Shown here in pieces: positions 37,690 through 47,972 of a stretch of DNA of 64,000 bases (position 1 is the stretch's first letter; each line of letters starts with the position of its first letter). A program made the translations under genes and the position numbers. The DNA lies in the IMG/VR virus record IMGVR_UViG_3300047322_000561, positions 2,030 through 66,029 of that record; one strand, given 5' to 3'. The DNA is from a virus. Its lineage: Duplodnaviria > Caudoviricetes. The notes beneath the pieces are model-generated. The model saw only the letters and a program-made list of their open reading frames with translations. It had not been told where the DNA came from and did no database searches.

Positions 37690-38333
37690 TGCGAACCGAG
37701 TACCTGCTCGAGCCCAAAGAGAAGGTCGAGCGCTGGGGTCCGGGCATCTGGACCGACGAGCCGGACGAGGCCGAGTGGGTGCACGAGGAGACGGGCCTGC
37801 CGTGCATGGTCCTGCGCAACCTCGATCTCGGCACGCTCTGCGGCTACGTCGGCGTGCACGAGACGCACCCCTGGCATGGCAAGCCCTACGACGAGCCCGA
37901 CGTATCCGTGCACGGCGGGCTCACGTTCTGCGGGCTGTACGACGACACCGGCATCACCTGGGTAAAGCCTGCGAGCGTGCTGTCTGCAGAACGCACGAGC
38001 ACGCTCGGCGCCAAGCCTGACGCGTCGTACGTCGGGCACTGGTTCGTCGGCTTTGACTGCGGGCACGCGGGCGACCTCCTGCCGCAGCTGCGCACGCTCA
38101 TCGAGAGTCGCGCGCGCGAGCCGCTGTTCATCGCGTCGCGCCTGCCGCAGACGCTCGAGGACGCAGCCTGGAGCGCGGGTCTCGACGCTGCCGAGCGCAG
38201 GCGCTGGCTCAAGAAGCTGCGCGACCCGATGGAGCGCTACCTGATCGACGTCTATCGCGACTTCGTCTGGGTGCGACAGGAAGTCGAGGAGCTCGCGCGA
38301 CAGGCCGGAGCTGCAGCACCGAGGCGCACGTGA
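37689..38333 (+). CDS. phage hypothetical protein
   Basis: LCGYVGV..HP..VHGGLT..WFVGFDCGHAGD. Confidence 0.75.
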   Translation: MRTEYLLEPKEKVERWGPGIWTDEPDEAEWVHEETGLPCMVLRNLDLGTLCGYVGVHETHPWHGKPYDEPDVSVHGGLTFCGLYDDTGITWVKPASVLSAERTSTLGAKPDASYVGHWFVGFDCGHAGDLLPQLRTLIESRAREPLFIASRLPQTLEDAAWSAGLDAAERRRWLKKLRDPMERYLIDVYRDFVWVRQEVEELARQAGAAAPRRT

Positions 38334-38422
38334 CCTGGCCCGAGGCGTTCTTCGGCAGCGTCTGCGTCGTCGTCTGCGCGGTGCTGTGCTGGAAGTTCTT
38401 CTCAGCCATCAACAGGTGGTGA
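38330..38422 (+). CDS. 30-aa membrane peptide
   Basis: MTWPEAFFGSVCVVVCAVLCWKFFSAINRW; GTGA overlap. Confidence 0.5.
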   Translation: MTWPEAFFGSVCVVVCAVLCWKFFSAINRW

Positions 38423-38721
38423 CAAAAAAATCGCGCGACTGCGCCGCGCAGGATGTGACAGGCTCGGCGCGAGGCGGGCTCAGCACGCGCCGCAGACGCA
38501 GCGCGCCAATCCCCCGGCGATGCGTGTCTTCCCCGGACCCTTCGTCTGCACCGCGCACCATGCTGAGCCCGCTTCGTTTTCGTCTGACATTTTTTCGATC
38601 GGGTGTTATCACCCGTGTGTACGCGCCCCCTCGCGTACGCCTTTGGGGAAGGGTTTTCCGTCATGACGTTCCTACTTGGTAGCGTTGCAACGCGCTGCAA
38701 TCGCCGCTGTCTGGTGCAGCC

Positions 38722-39588
38722 GTGACGCCGGGCAAGCACGTGCTGATAGCGCGCTCGCCGACGCACGCAGAGACCGCGCAGCGCGTGCTCAACACGCCGG
38801 GCCTGGTCACGCGGCTTGCAGACAACTGCGTCGCAGCGTCGCCCACGCTCAGCAACCTGTCCGTGAGCGCGCAGCAGGTCGCGTTCGCCGAGCTGCGCGA
38901 CCTCATCCAGGCCGAGCTCGAGCGCATCGCGAAGGCCGGCCCGCACTTCCCGGAGCCCAAGTGACGACCTGTCCCAAGTGCGATCAGACGCTGTGCCCGA
39001 AGTGCGGCGCGCACGCTGAGTCGGGCTACGGCGTTGCGTTCGGGGGCGGCCTGGGCTCCTACGAGTGGTGCGCGAGCAGCGGGTGCGAGTGGTACGAAAA
39101 GCGCCACGACCGCGAGGACGAGCCGGAAGTGACCGCAGAGCTGGAGACGCCATGACGATGGACGGAACAGGCAGCAAGTACGACGCTGAGTGCGCGCTCT
39201 TGCGCGCTATTACAGGCGCGCAGACCTCGTGCGCGATCGTCATCAACGGCGTGCGCGGCACGGGCTTCTCGCTGTCGACGACCGACCCGCGCCACGTCGC
39301 GCTGACCGCGAGCGTGCTGCGCGACGTGGCCGACCAGCTCGAGGCAGACGCGCGAAAGCTCGCCCAATGACGCGGCCCGCCGAGCGTTACATGCACACGC
39401 AGGTCGCCGTCACGCAGGATGTGCGCGGCGTGTACGGCGTCGAGATGCGGATCGAGCAGCCGGACGGCCTACGCGAGACGCTGCACGCGGGCGTGTTCGC
39501 GACGCGCGAGGAGGCGGTCGCGTTCGCCGACGTGCTGCACGCGCGGTGCTGCGAGCTCGAGCGCGCCAACAAGGGGCGCGCGTCGTGA
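38722..39588 (+). other. four coupled small hypothetical CDS (38722-38964, 38961-39155, 39152-39370, 39367-39588)
   Basis: Chain of RTGA stop/start overlaps. Confidence 0.6.
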
Positions 39589-40208
39589 AGCCCGCCCAGG
39601 AGCGCAGGCGCCAGCGCGTGCACCTGCACCAGTACCTCGGCGAGCTCATCGCCCAGGTCGACGCCGCGCACGAAAAGGCCGACCTGCTGCCCGAGGCAGA
39701 GGGCATGGCGGTGCAGTGCGTCGAGAGCTGCGCGCACGCGACCGCAGGCTGCTGCTCGCTCATCGTGATCACGGAGGTCACCGAGGCCGAGTACATCGTT
39801 GCGCGCAACGGGAAGGCGGTCGACGCAGCGCTTCCTGTGCTGCTCGCGCAGCACGAGCGCCTCGAGCGCGAGCTGCCTTTCGAGCCGCCGGAGATGTTCG
39901 AGGACCGCGAAGTCGAGCGCTACGTCGCAGCCAGGTACCACGCGCTGCGCATGCCGTGCGCGTTCCTGGACGACGCGCGGCGCTGCACCATCTACCGCGA
40001 TCGGCCGCTCGCGTGCCGCACGCACTTCGTGGTGAGCGACCCGGCGCTGTGCTCGAGCGACGTCCCGGAGGCCGACCACGCTGCGCTCGACAAAGGCACG
40101 CGCACTGCTGCACCGGCGTACCTCGCGCGCGAGGTCGCGCGCACGCGCGGAACGCTCGGCTTCGGCACGCTCGCGCAATGCGTGCTCGAAGTGCTGAGCC
40201 GGTCATGA
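39585..40208 (+). CDS. YkgJ-family cysteine-cluster protein
   Basis: C...C......CC and CAFL....CTIY..RP.ACR. Confidence 0.85.
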   Translation: MKPAQERRRQRVHLHQYLGELIAQVDAAHEKADLLPEAEGMAVQCVESCAHATAGCCSLIVITEVTEAEYIVARNGKAVDAALPVLLAQHERLERELPFEPPEMFEDREVERYVAARYHALRMPCAFLDDARRCTIYRDRPLACRTHFVVSDPALCSSDVPEADHAALDKGTRTAAPAYLAREVARTRGTLGFGTLAQCVLEVLSRS

Positions 40209-42122
40209 GCATCCACGTGATCACGCTGCGCCCGGCCGAGCCTGCCGCCGAGACGCTCGTGCTGCTGGCGCGCGCGCACCGGCGCTGGTGCCGCATCGAC
40301 TACGGGCTAATGGGCGTGCTGGGCGTGCTGGGGCTGATGCAGCTGGCCGCGCTGGGGCTGCGCCACGCCTGGCTACTCGGGCCGAGCCGGCTGTCTGTGA
40401 CGAGCTTGTGCCTGCTCGCGGGGCTTGGCGTCTCGACGTGGACTGCGCGCCAGCGCCGCCGCGCGTTCGATGCGCTGGTCGACGCGCACAACGACGCGAT
40501 GAACGCAGAGTTTCTGCGCGTGACCGGCGAGAGCTGCGCGCTGCGCGGCGTGCACCGCGTCATGCGCGACCAGGAGGACGGATGAAGACAGACGAACCAC
40601 CAGACGGCTACGTCGAGGCTATCCAGGCAATGGGCAACGCCGGCAAAGCATGGGTGCGCGAGCACCCGTTCGCGTGCTTGGTGCTCAACCCTGTCGACCC
40701 GGACAAGCTGCCCGTCGACGAGCCCACGCGTGTTCACCTGCGTGCGCTGCTCAGAAGCGACCCGCATGCGAAGGTCGGCGTCATCGGCAGTCTGCGCGAC
40801 TCCATCGAATGGTGGGCCGGCAACGAGCCGACGCGCGACTTGCTGAGCGCGATGGACCGCGCAGCAGGTGCCAGGCGCCCGACGTACCAGATGGCCGAGT
40901 GCGCGCTCGAGCTGTTCGTCTTTCCGAAGCAGGAGGCCACCTCGTGACCGACAAGACGCCACACGAGCCGTCGATACGCGTCACGCCTGACGGCAAGGGC
41001 GTGGTCATCGACGAGTTCGACGAGTTCGCGACAGCGCTCATCGGGATACCGCCCGACGACTTCAACGAGACGGCCGGCCACGCGCAGAAGCTGCTGCAGG
41101 CAGCGCTCGCAGTCGTGTACAACAAGCCCGAGCTCGAGCCGCCGACCGACGCGCAGAGCGAGCGCGTGCGCGACATCCTCTTGCTCGCAGCGTTCGCGGC
41201 GAGTCAGGAGCTGCTGAGCAAGCGCGGCGAAAACCCGCTCGCGTTCATCCAGCGCGCCAAGCAGGTCGTCGCCTGGACCAAGCGTCCGATCGCCATCGCC
41301 ACGACGCTCGAGGAGCTGAAAAACAAGGCGCAGGAGATCGCCCGCCAGGTCGCGCGCCGGCTGTTCCCGAACGAGGGGTTCGTGCTGCTGGTGTTCAACG
41401 AGGAGGCGCCGGGGCACGTCACGTGGATGACGAGCACGACGCGCGCAGCGGCGATCGAGGAGCTCGAGAAGTCGCTCGCGAGCATCAAGGCGGACCTGCG
41501 CGCGCGCAAGGCGACGTCGTCGTGAGCGGCAGACCCTACGTGGCAGCGCTCAAAGCCGTGCAGGAGCTGTCCGAGCTCCCGACAGCCGCGCTGGCAGAAC
41601 TGCGCCATGTCGTGCTCGACCTGGGCATGGTCAGCGAGGACGAGCCCGACGTCGCGCGCGCGTGCGTGCTCGTCGCAGTGCTGCTGCAGGACCTCATCGA
41701 CAGCGACGCGCGCGTGCGCGAGGAGTTGCGGCGATGAGCGCGCGGCAAAGGAGCTTCGTGCTGGTGATGAGCGTCGAGGGCGACGCGTTCGACGCGGACT
41801 GCCCGACAGCCGAGGTGCGGCGTGTACTGCTGCGCGTGGCGACGAGCATGCTCGCGGACCCGGACAAGCTCTCGGGCGTGTGCCGCACGTCCAGGCAGAC
41901 GCTGGCCGGCACGTGGGCCGTGCGGGATGTCGAGCGATGAGCGACCGCAGCATAGGCGAAGGGCTCACCGAGCTGTCTGCCGGGGTCATGATCGGCGCTG
42001 CAGCCGCCGCCTTCTTTCTGAGCATGGCGCAGTGCGAGAGCGCCGGAAAGGCGCACAACGCGCGTCGCTACGAGGCGTGCATGCGCGCGACGTCGTCTGT
42101 TGCGCAGTGTGGCAAGCCATGA
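40205..42122 (+). other. six coupled hypothetical CDS (40205-40585 membrane, 40582-40947, 40944-41525, 41522-41737, 41734-41940, 41937-42122 membrane)
   Basis: RTGA overlaps and RBSs. Confidence 0.6.
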
Positions 42123-42166
42123 GACGCGCGTCAGCGCCCTGCCCCAAACTGGGACTGAGGGCTGGG

Positions 42167-42191
42167 GTCCGATACTATAAGAGTATGGGAC
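42167..42191. promoter_or_regulatory. candidate lox-like recombination site/operator
   Basis: GTCCGATACT-ATAAG-AGTATGGGAC inverted repeat (9/10) just upstream of the recombinase. Confidence 0.5.
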
Positions 42192-42215
42192 GTGAACAGC
42201 TGAAGGAGTTTGTAG

Positions 42216-43280
42216 ATGAGCGATGAGCTAGTCCGGGTTGACACCGCCATGCAGCGCGCCTCGTTTGCTGCGCATGCCGAGCGCGCGCACGAGTTCGCCA
42301 AGCGCAGTCGCGCAGACAACACGCGCAGGGCGTACGAAGTGCAGTGGGAGCAGTTTGCAGACTGGTGCGCCGCGCAGGGGGTTGAGGCGCTGCCGTGTCA
42401 ACCCCTGACGCTTGCCTCGTACATCGCCGCGCGCGCATTGGATCGCCGCGAGGATAAGCCCGTGCGCAAGGGGCGGACTGAGCGCGGCACCAAAGTCTTG
42501 TTCGCGACGCTCTCGCAAGCGCTCACGGCCATCAACAACAAGCACGTGGCGCACGGTTACGAGCGACCGCGCTCGTTCTTAGCCGTGCAGACGACGCTCG
42601 AGGGCATCAAGCGCACGCTCGGCATCGAGCCTACGCGCAAGGCGCCCGTGCTCGCCGAGACGCTCAGCAGAATGGTCGAGGTGCTGCCTAATACGCTCGG
42701 CGGCGCGCGCGACCGGGCGCTGCTCCTGGTGGGATTTCTCGGCGCTTTTCGACGCTCTGAGCTTGTCTCGCTCGAGGTGTCAGACCTGACGTTTAGCAGG
42801 GCGGACGGACTCGTCGTGCGCTTGCGCAAGAGCAAGACCGACCAGCACAAGGTAGGTCGCTCCATTGCACTGGCAAAGCAGGTCGACGCGGACGTCTGCC
42901 CTATGCGCGCGACGCAAGCGTGGCTCGAGCGCGCAGGCATTGCTGACGGCCTCGTGTTTCGTAGCGTCGACAGGCACGGCAACCTCGGCGCATCGCTCGG
43001 CGCCAAAGACGTCGCGCGCGTCGTCAAGCGCACCGCAGCTGCAGCCGGCATCGACACGGCAGACCTGGCCGGGCATTCGCTGCGCGCGGGACTCGCCACG
43101 GAGGCTGCCCAGCAGGGCGCGCGCGCGACTCAGATCATGAAACAGACCGGGCATACGAACGTCGAGATGGTCTCGCGCTACATACGCGAGGCCGAACTGT
43201 TCAAGGACAACGTCACGACAGGGATGATGAGGAGCGCTCGCCGGGCAGTCGAGAACAACGCAACCGGAGAGCGCACGTGA
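42216..43280 (+). CDS. Cre-like tyrosine recombinase
   Basis: NTRRAY..W..F..WC, RDRALL..G.FRRSEL, KSKTDQ, CP, GHSLRAG, GH, RYIR. Confidence 0.93.
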   Translation: MSDELVRVDTAMQRASFAAHAERAHEFAKRSRADNTRRAYEVQWEQFADWCAAQGVEALPCQPLTLASYIAARALDRREDKPVRKGRTERGTKVLFATLSQALTAINNKHVAHGYERPRSFLAVQTTLEGIKRTLGIEPTRKAPVLAETLSRMVEVLPNTLGGARDRALLLVGFLGAFRRSELVSLEVSDLTFSRADGLVVRLRKSKTDQHKVGRSIALAKQVDADVCPMRATQAWLERAGIADGLVFRSVDRHGNLGASLGAKDVARVVKRTAAAAGIDTADLAGHSLRAGLATEAAQQGARATQIMKQTGHTNVEMVSRYIREAELFKDNVTTGMMRSARRAVENNATGERT

Positions 43281-44242
43281 CGCTTGCGTACCGCCTGTGG
43301 GCGCCTCCCGAGCCGGGCCAGCCGCACGTTTCGTGGCAAGCAGGACGCTGCGCCTCCTGCAACAACCAGCGCACGACTCTGGTGCGAGACCACTGTCATC
43401 TAACGGGCTTTCTGCGCGGCCTCCTTTGCCAGTCGTGCAACGGCTGGGAAGCAGGCCAACGAGAGCGCGGCGGAAGGTGGGCGTTGTACCGCGCGCATCC
43501 GCCGACTGTCATCTGCGCCGACGCAGAGCTGTATCGGCCGCTCGGCCAAAGAAAGAGGAGCCAGCCTGAGCGCTGGGTTGTCGACGCTTTCGGTCCTGCT
43601 CCATCAACGCAGCCTGACGTTGCGCAGTACATGCGCAACGCGCTGTGGGCGATGCACGCGAGCGAGCGCGCTAGGTGCCTGATGCTCAAAGAGCGCGATG
43701 AAAACAGCGACGTCTACCTTGTTGGTCTGAGCGACCTAAACATTGAGCATCTGCAGACCGGCCGCGCGCTCTATTTCTGCGGCAACGATCTCAGTCTGAC
43801 GGGCAGGCACTTTCTCATCGCGCGAGAGAGAGACAACGACCATCTTCACATGCTGCACGAGCACTTTGCAGAACGCGACCCGCGGATTCTGTACATGATC
43901 TGCTTTCGGGGTATTGACCTCGACGCGCTTCGGCATGCGCCGGTGCGTATCAATGGCGCAGCGGTGGGCGTCGACGGCTCGCTGCTGTTCTTTCACTGCA
44001 GCGCGGAGAAGGAGTTGCTTGCTGCGCGCGAGCTCGTCGCGCCGAGTAGCGGCAGCGCCGACGCGACTACAGGGCTATGGCGCGAGCTGCGCGCAGACCT
44101 CAATGCGTCTGCGGCAATGGCAAACAAGATGCCGTCCGCCATCCTGAAGGGGCGAGGTCGCTCGTCAGCCTCTATTGACTTGATCACGCGCTGCATACGC
44201 GAGGTCGAACTGTTTGACAAAGCAGCCGACGGGCTGCTCTAG
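43277..44242 (+). CDS. endonuclease VII domain protein with recombinase-like C-terminal remnant
   Basis: CASC...LVRDHCH.TG..RGLLCQSCN; atypical codon use. Confidence 0.75.
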   Translation: MTLAYRLWAPPEPGQPHVSWQAGRCASCNNQRTTLVRDHCHLTGFLRGLLCQSCNGWEAGQRERGGRWALYRAHPPTVICADAELYRPLGQRKRSQPERWVVDAFGPAPSTQPDVAQYMRNALWAMHASERARCLMLKERDENSDVYLVGLSDLNIEHLQTGRALYFCGNDLSLTGRHFLIARERDNDHLHMLHEHFAERDPRILYMICFRGIDLDALRHAPVRINGAAVGVDGSLLFFHCSAEKELLAARELVAPSSGSADATTGLWRELRADLNASAAMANKMPSAILKGRGRSSASIDLITRCIREVELFDKAADGLL

Positions 44243-44260
44243 ACCAAAGGGGGAACCAAG

Positions 44261-44596
44261 ATGGGGGCACGAGCACTAGCACTGGTACCGGAATATCCGC
44301 GCAGCGTCCCGCGCGCGCCGACGCGCAGCAAGAAACGCCCGCCCAAGCGCGCAGGCCAGGTCGCGCTCAGGCGCGTCATCGACCTCGCCTACGACTGGGC
44401 AGACGAGTACAAGACGGGCGAGCTCGAGCACGGCTGGCGCTCGTTTGCAGCGCGCAAGATGGGGCTCGAGCCGCACACGCTGCACCAGTTGCTCAACGAG
44501 AACTATACGGGCGGCGTGGGTCTGACCGTGCTCGTGCGCGTCGCCAAGGCGTGTCGCTGCCCGCTTGACTGGTTTCTCGAGGAGCTGCCCGAGTGA
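44261..44596 (+). CDS. HTH DNA-binding protein
   Basis: FAARKMGL....L.QLL......L..L..VAKA..C.LDW. Confidence 0.65.
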   Translation: MGARALALVPEYPRSVPRAPTRSKKRPPKRAGQVALRRVIDLAYDWADEYKTGELEHGWRSFAARKMGLEPHTLHQLLNENYTGGVGLTVLVRVAKACRCPLDWFLEELPE

Positions 44597-45547
44597 CGGC
44601 GCACCGCTACCGCACCGGCGTGCAGACGCGCGTCGTCAACGGCGTCGCGACGTCGCGCGTCGTCGTCTGCAGGTCGAACATCGACCTGACAGACGAGCGC
44701 TTCGTGTACGGCGAGTGGTGCACTGACCACGAAGACGTCAAGCGACACGCAACCGAGCTCGCAGCGGCGCTGCGCGCTACGCACGAAGGAGGAGACTACA
44801 TGCCGAACGAACTCGAACCAGGCGACCTCATCCAGCTCGACCCCGTCAAGCATACGTGGGGCCCGATGCTCTGCATCGTCGACGAAGTCAAAGGCTGGGG
44901 CGTGACCTGCTACTGGCTGCAGGCGACCGAGCACGGCAAGCCGCCCGGGGTGTGTCACTACCGCGCAGAGACCGGCACGTTCGTGCGCGTCGGCAAGGCC
45001 GAGTGGCTGGTGCAGACGCCTGGCATCGACGACCCATGACCGCCCCCGACCCCCGCCCCACCAAGGCCGAGCTGGTCGAGCTCGGGCGCAGCATCGAGAT
45101 AGCGCTACGGCCCATCCGCCAGGCGCACCCTGAGCTCGTCTACGCAGTCGCGTACGCCGTGCCGCGCGAGGGCACCGAGGACACGCTCGCAGCCGGCACC
45201 TCGACCAACATCGCCGACCCGCGCAGCATCGTCGTCCTGCTCGCGCACAGCGCCAAAGAGGTGCAGGAGCAGATGGTCGACCCGAAGGCCAAAGCATGAG
45301 CCACTGCCCGCACCACGACCACGCCATCAGCAGCGCGCCTGCCGTAGGTTGCCCGCTGCACCAGCAGGCGGACGTGCTGCTCGACCTGGCCGAGCTGGTG
45401 CTGGGCGGCGCTCGGCTCGTCCTGGTCGTCGTCGACGAGGACGACGTCGGGCACCGCTGCCTCGCGGCCAACCTCGAGATGGGCGTCGCGCTGCACGTGC
45501 TCGAGCGCGAAGCCAAGCGCCTGCGTGACGAGCTCGAGCAGGGCTAG
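44593..45547 (+). other. three coupled hypothetical CDS (44593-45039, 45036-45299, 45296-45547)
   Basis: RTGA overlaps. Confidence 0.55.
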
Positions 45548-46446
45548 GCCGGCTCGTCTTCGGTGCGCAGCTTGGTCACGCGCTCCGCAAAGGGCGCGCC
45601 GTCTGGCCCTTTAAAGAAGGGCTCGATCCACTGTGCCCGGCGCAGCGTGCGCCCCGGCCCGTGCGGCTGCTGACGCCAGTGCCCGCGCACGAGCGTCGTC
45701 ACGCTCGGCGAGCTGCGCCGGGTGCCGCGCGCGTAGTCGTAGACCATCTGCCTGCAGTCGATCGTTGTCTCGCGCTTGAGCTGGTGCACGTTGGCGCGTG
45801 GCACGCCGCGCTTGTCTGGGCGCGTCGGATGCTGCGGGTACGCGAGGGGCTTGTCCGCACGTGCCGTGTTGATGAGCAGCACGACGCCGACCACCAGGCG
45901 CAGCAGCAGCTGCCGCACGCGCAGCTCTTGATCTTCGCTGTGGTCGAACGGCATCCCAAGACCGTTCGACAGCTCGAGCGCGGACAGCGAGTCGCCGTCC
46001 GACAGCGCCGCGATGCTGGGCAGCGAGACGTGGCCGAGCGAGACCGGGTCGTTGTACAGCACCGTCACGGCGCACGTGCGCGCGGTGCGATTGATGGGTA
46101 TCCAGTCAGGCGTCTCGGCGACGTACACGCTCGTCACGTCGCCTGAGCTGGTCGCGACCAGGCCGGGCGGGACCTGCAGTTCGAACGACGGCCAGGGCAG
46201 CTTCACGCCGTCGAGCGCCCCGCGCGCCGTCGTCGCCATCAGCGCCGCGGCGAGCTTGTGGCTGACGACCACGGACTGCAGGCCCGCTGATGCCCAGACC
46301 GTAAACGTGAGCGTCATCTTGCTCGTCGTCTCGTCTGGCGCGTCGCGCATGTAGTGCGCCCAGTCCTCGGGCGACGCGCGCCAGCGCGCAAGAAGCGTCT
46401 TGGCCATCAGCAGGTACGCGTCGCGGTCGGTATTCACGTCCGACAA
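45544..46446 (-). CDS. phage hypothetical protein
   Basis: C-terminal VRGHWRQQPHGPG..LR...WIEP..KGP motif. Confidence 0.75.
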   Translation of the reverse strand: MSDVNTDRDAYLLMAKTLLARWRASPEDWAHYMRDAPDETTSKMTLTFTVWASAGLQSVVVSHKLAAALMATTARGALDGVKLPWPSFELQVPPGLVATSSGDVTSVYVAETPDWIPINRTARTCAVTVLYNDPVSLGHVSLPSIAALSDGDSLSALELSNGLGMPFDHSEDQELRVRQLLLRLVVGVVLLINTARADKPLAYPQHPTRPDKRGVPRANVHQLKRETTIDCRQMVYDYARGTRRSSPSVTTLVRGHWRQQPHGPGRTLRRAQWIEPFFKGPDGAPFAERVTKLRTEDEPA

Positions 46447-46476
46447 CTTCTACCGCAGCTGATCGCGCCTGTCATC

Positions 46477-46716
46477 TCAGTTGATAGCGCGCACGTCAAG
46501 ACTCAGGTCGAGGCTGCGCGTCACCTCGAGGGCGCTCTGGCCGAGCGCCATCACCCGCAGCCCGGACGCGAGGCGGACCTCCGCGCGCCAGTAGCAGACG
46601 CTGTCCTGGTGCTCGAGCCCGAGCCCGAGCAGCTCGGCGTCGTGCCTGCAGCACCAGCTGTGCACGACGCGCAAGAGCAGCGCGTGCGAGGGGCGCTCGT
46701 CGTCGTTGTCGGTCAT
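46477..46716 (-). CDS. hypothetical protein
   Basis: GGAGG RBS. Confidence 0.5.
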   Translation of the reverse strand: MTDNDDERPSHALLLRVVHSWCCRHDAELLGLGLEHQDSVCYWRAEVRLASGLRVMALGQSALEVTRSLDLSLDVRAIN

Positions 46717-46884
46717 CGCCGCGCCCTCCTGTGCGCAGGCAAGCGCCAGCGCTCCTCGGTGCTGTCGTACGTCACATGGCCAAGTGCGCCGCAGTCCGGG
46801 CACCAGAAAGAGGAGACGTGCGCGCGCGTCCCGGTCGCCACGTAGGCCACCAGGACGCGCGCAACGTGCTTGCAGGCGCTGCGC

Positions 46885-47430
46885 TCAGAACGGGATCTGA
46901 TCGTCGTCATCCGGGGGCGACTCGTACTGCGCAGCGCCGTCCTCCGCGCGAGCGCGCGCGCCGAAGTCCTGCTGCCCGCGCGGCGCAGCGAAGGCGTCGC
47001 GGTGCTGGCCGCCGAAGCCGCCCGCGCCGGCGGGGCGCTGGTAGCCCGCCCCGGCGGGGCGCTGCTGCCCTGCTGCAGCAGCCGGCGCGCGCTCGTAGCG
47101 CTCCTGGCCGGGCGCGTCCGCAAGCGGCTCGAGGTCTTCTGCGACCAGCTCGAGCGCGGTCTTCTGGATGCCCTCGCGCGACTCGTAGTGGCGCAGGCCC
47201 AGGCGCCCGTGCGCGCCCACCATGCCGCCCTTGCGCAGCATGCGAGACAGCGGCTCGGCGCGCGTGCCGAACAGCGTCACGTCGACCCACAGCACGTCCT
47301 TGACCCACTGCCCGTCGCGCTTGACGCGCTGGTCGACGGCAACGCTCAGGTTCAAGACAGCAGTGCCGTCGCGCGTCGCAGCGAGGCGCGGGTCGTGGCC
47401 GAGTCTTCCAGAAATGCACCAAACATTCAC
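46885..47430 (-). CDS. ssb: single-stranded DNA-binding protein
   Basis: ISGRLGHDP..W..VTLFG..AE....L.KG..V...GRL; acidic tail DDDDQIPF. Confidence 0.93.
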   Translation of the reverse strand: MNVWCISGRLGHDPRLAATRDGTAVLNLSVAVDQRVKRDGQWVKDVLWVDVTLFGTRAEPLSRMLRKGGMVGAHGRLGLRHYESREGIQKTALELVAEDLEPLADAPGQERYERAPAAAAGQQRPAGAGYQRPAGAGGFGGQHRDAFAAPRGQQDFGARARAEDGAAQYESPPDDDDQIPF

Positions 47431-47972
47431 TGGGCACCTGCCTTGTCTGCCGCGATGACGGCCGCTGCGATGGACTGCCAGTATTGCTCGCTGTCGACGG
47501 CGTGCTGCCTCTGCGCAGAGAGCGACGCTTCGAAGGCGACGCGGTGCAGGGGCTTGGGGGCGGGGCGTGGGAAGCGTCGGCGCAGCATGTCGACAAGCTC
47601 GAATGAGTCCTCGAACTCCGAGCGTAGGTAGTCGCGCTCGAAGTCGCGCAGCGTCTGCTCTTCGGCGTCGCTCAGCGGCTTCACTGCGGGTGCGCGCAGA
47701 CGGTACTCGACAGCGCCAAGCCCTGCTCTCACCGCCCCGCTCCAGAGTCCGCTGTGAGCGCTGGCGGCAGCCACTGCCTTCGCGTAGTCCTCCTCGCTCC
47801 ACTCGCCGTCAGCCTGCAGCGCCAGCGTGCGCACGGCGCGGTCGAGAGCAGCCTGCGCGCATTCGATGTAGGCGTCATGGCCCTCGGCGCAGAACGCGAA
47901 GATCGCGTCAAAGGCTTGCTGCTCCTCACTGCTCAGCACGAACGGACCCGGCACAGGCTCGGGCGCGCTCAC
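47427..47972 (-). CDS. hypothetical protein
   Basis: Overlap-coupled ORF. Confidence 0.6.
   Translation of the reverse strand: MSAPEPVPGPFVLSSEEQQAFDAIFAFCAEGHDAYIECAQAALDRAVRTLALQADGEWSEEDYAKAVAAASAHSGLWSGAVRAGLGAVEYRLRAPAVKPLSDAEEQTLRDFERDYLRSEFEDSFELVDMLRRRFPRPAPKPLHRVAFEASLSAQRQHAVDSEQYWQSIAAAVIAADKAGAQ

Noticed and set aside
41694-41708. 15-nt match (TCATCGACAGCGACG) to the predicted TnpB guide region; a 12-nt match also occurs near 28191
   Set aside because: The first guide base mismatches at 41694-41708, adjacent sequences are GC-only or unlike AT-rich TAMs, and the match encodes a common IDSD peptide in biased codons; likely chance.
42216-43280. Recombinase as a chromosomal integrase with attP
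   Set aside because: Motifs are Cre-like, and no tRNA-like att core or host junction is visible; a resolvase role fits better, though it is not proven.
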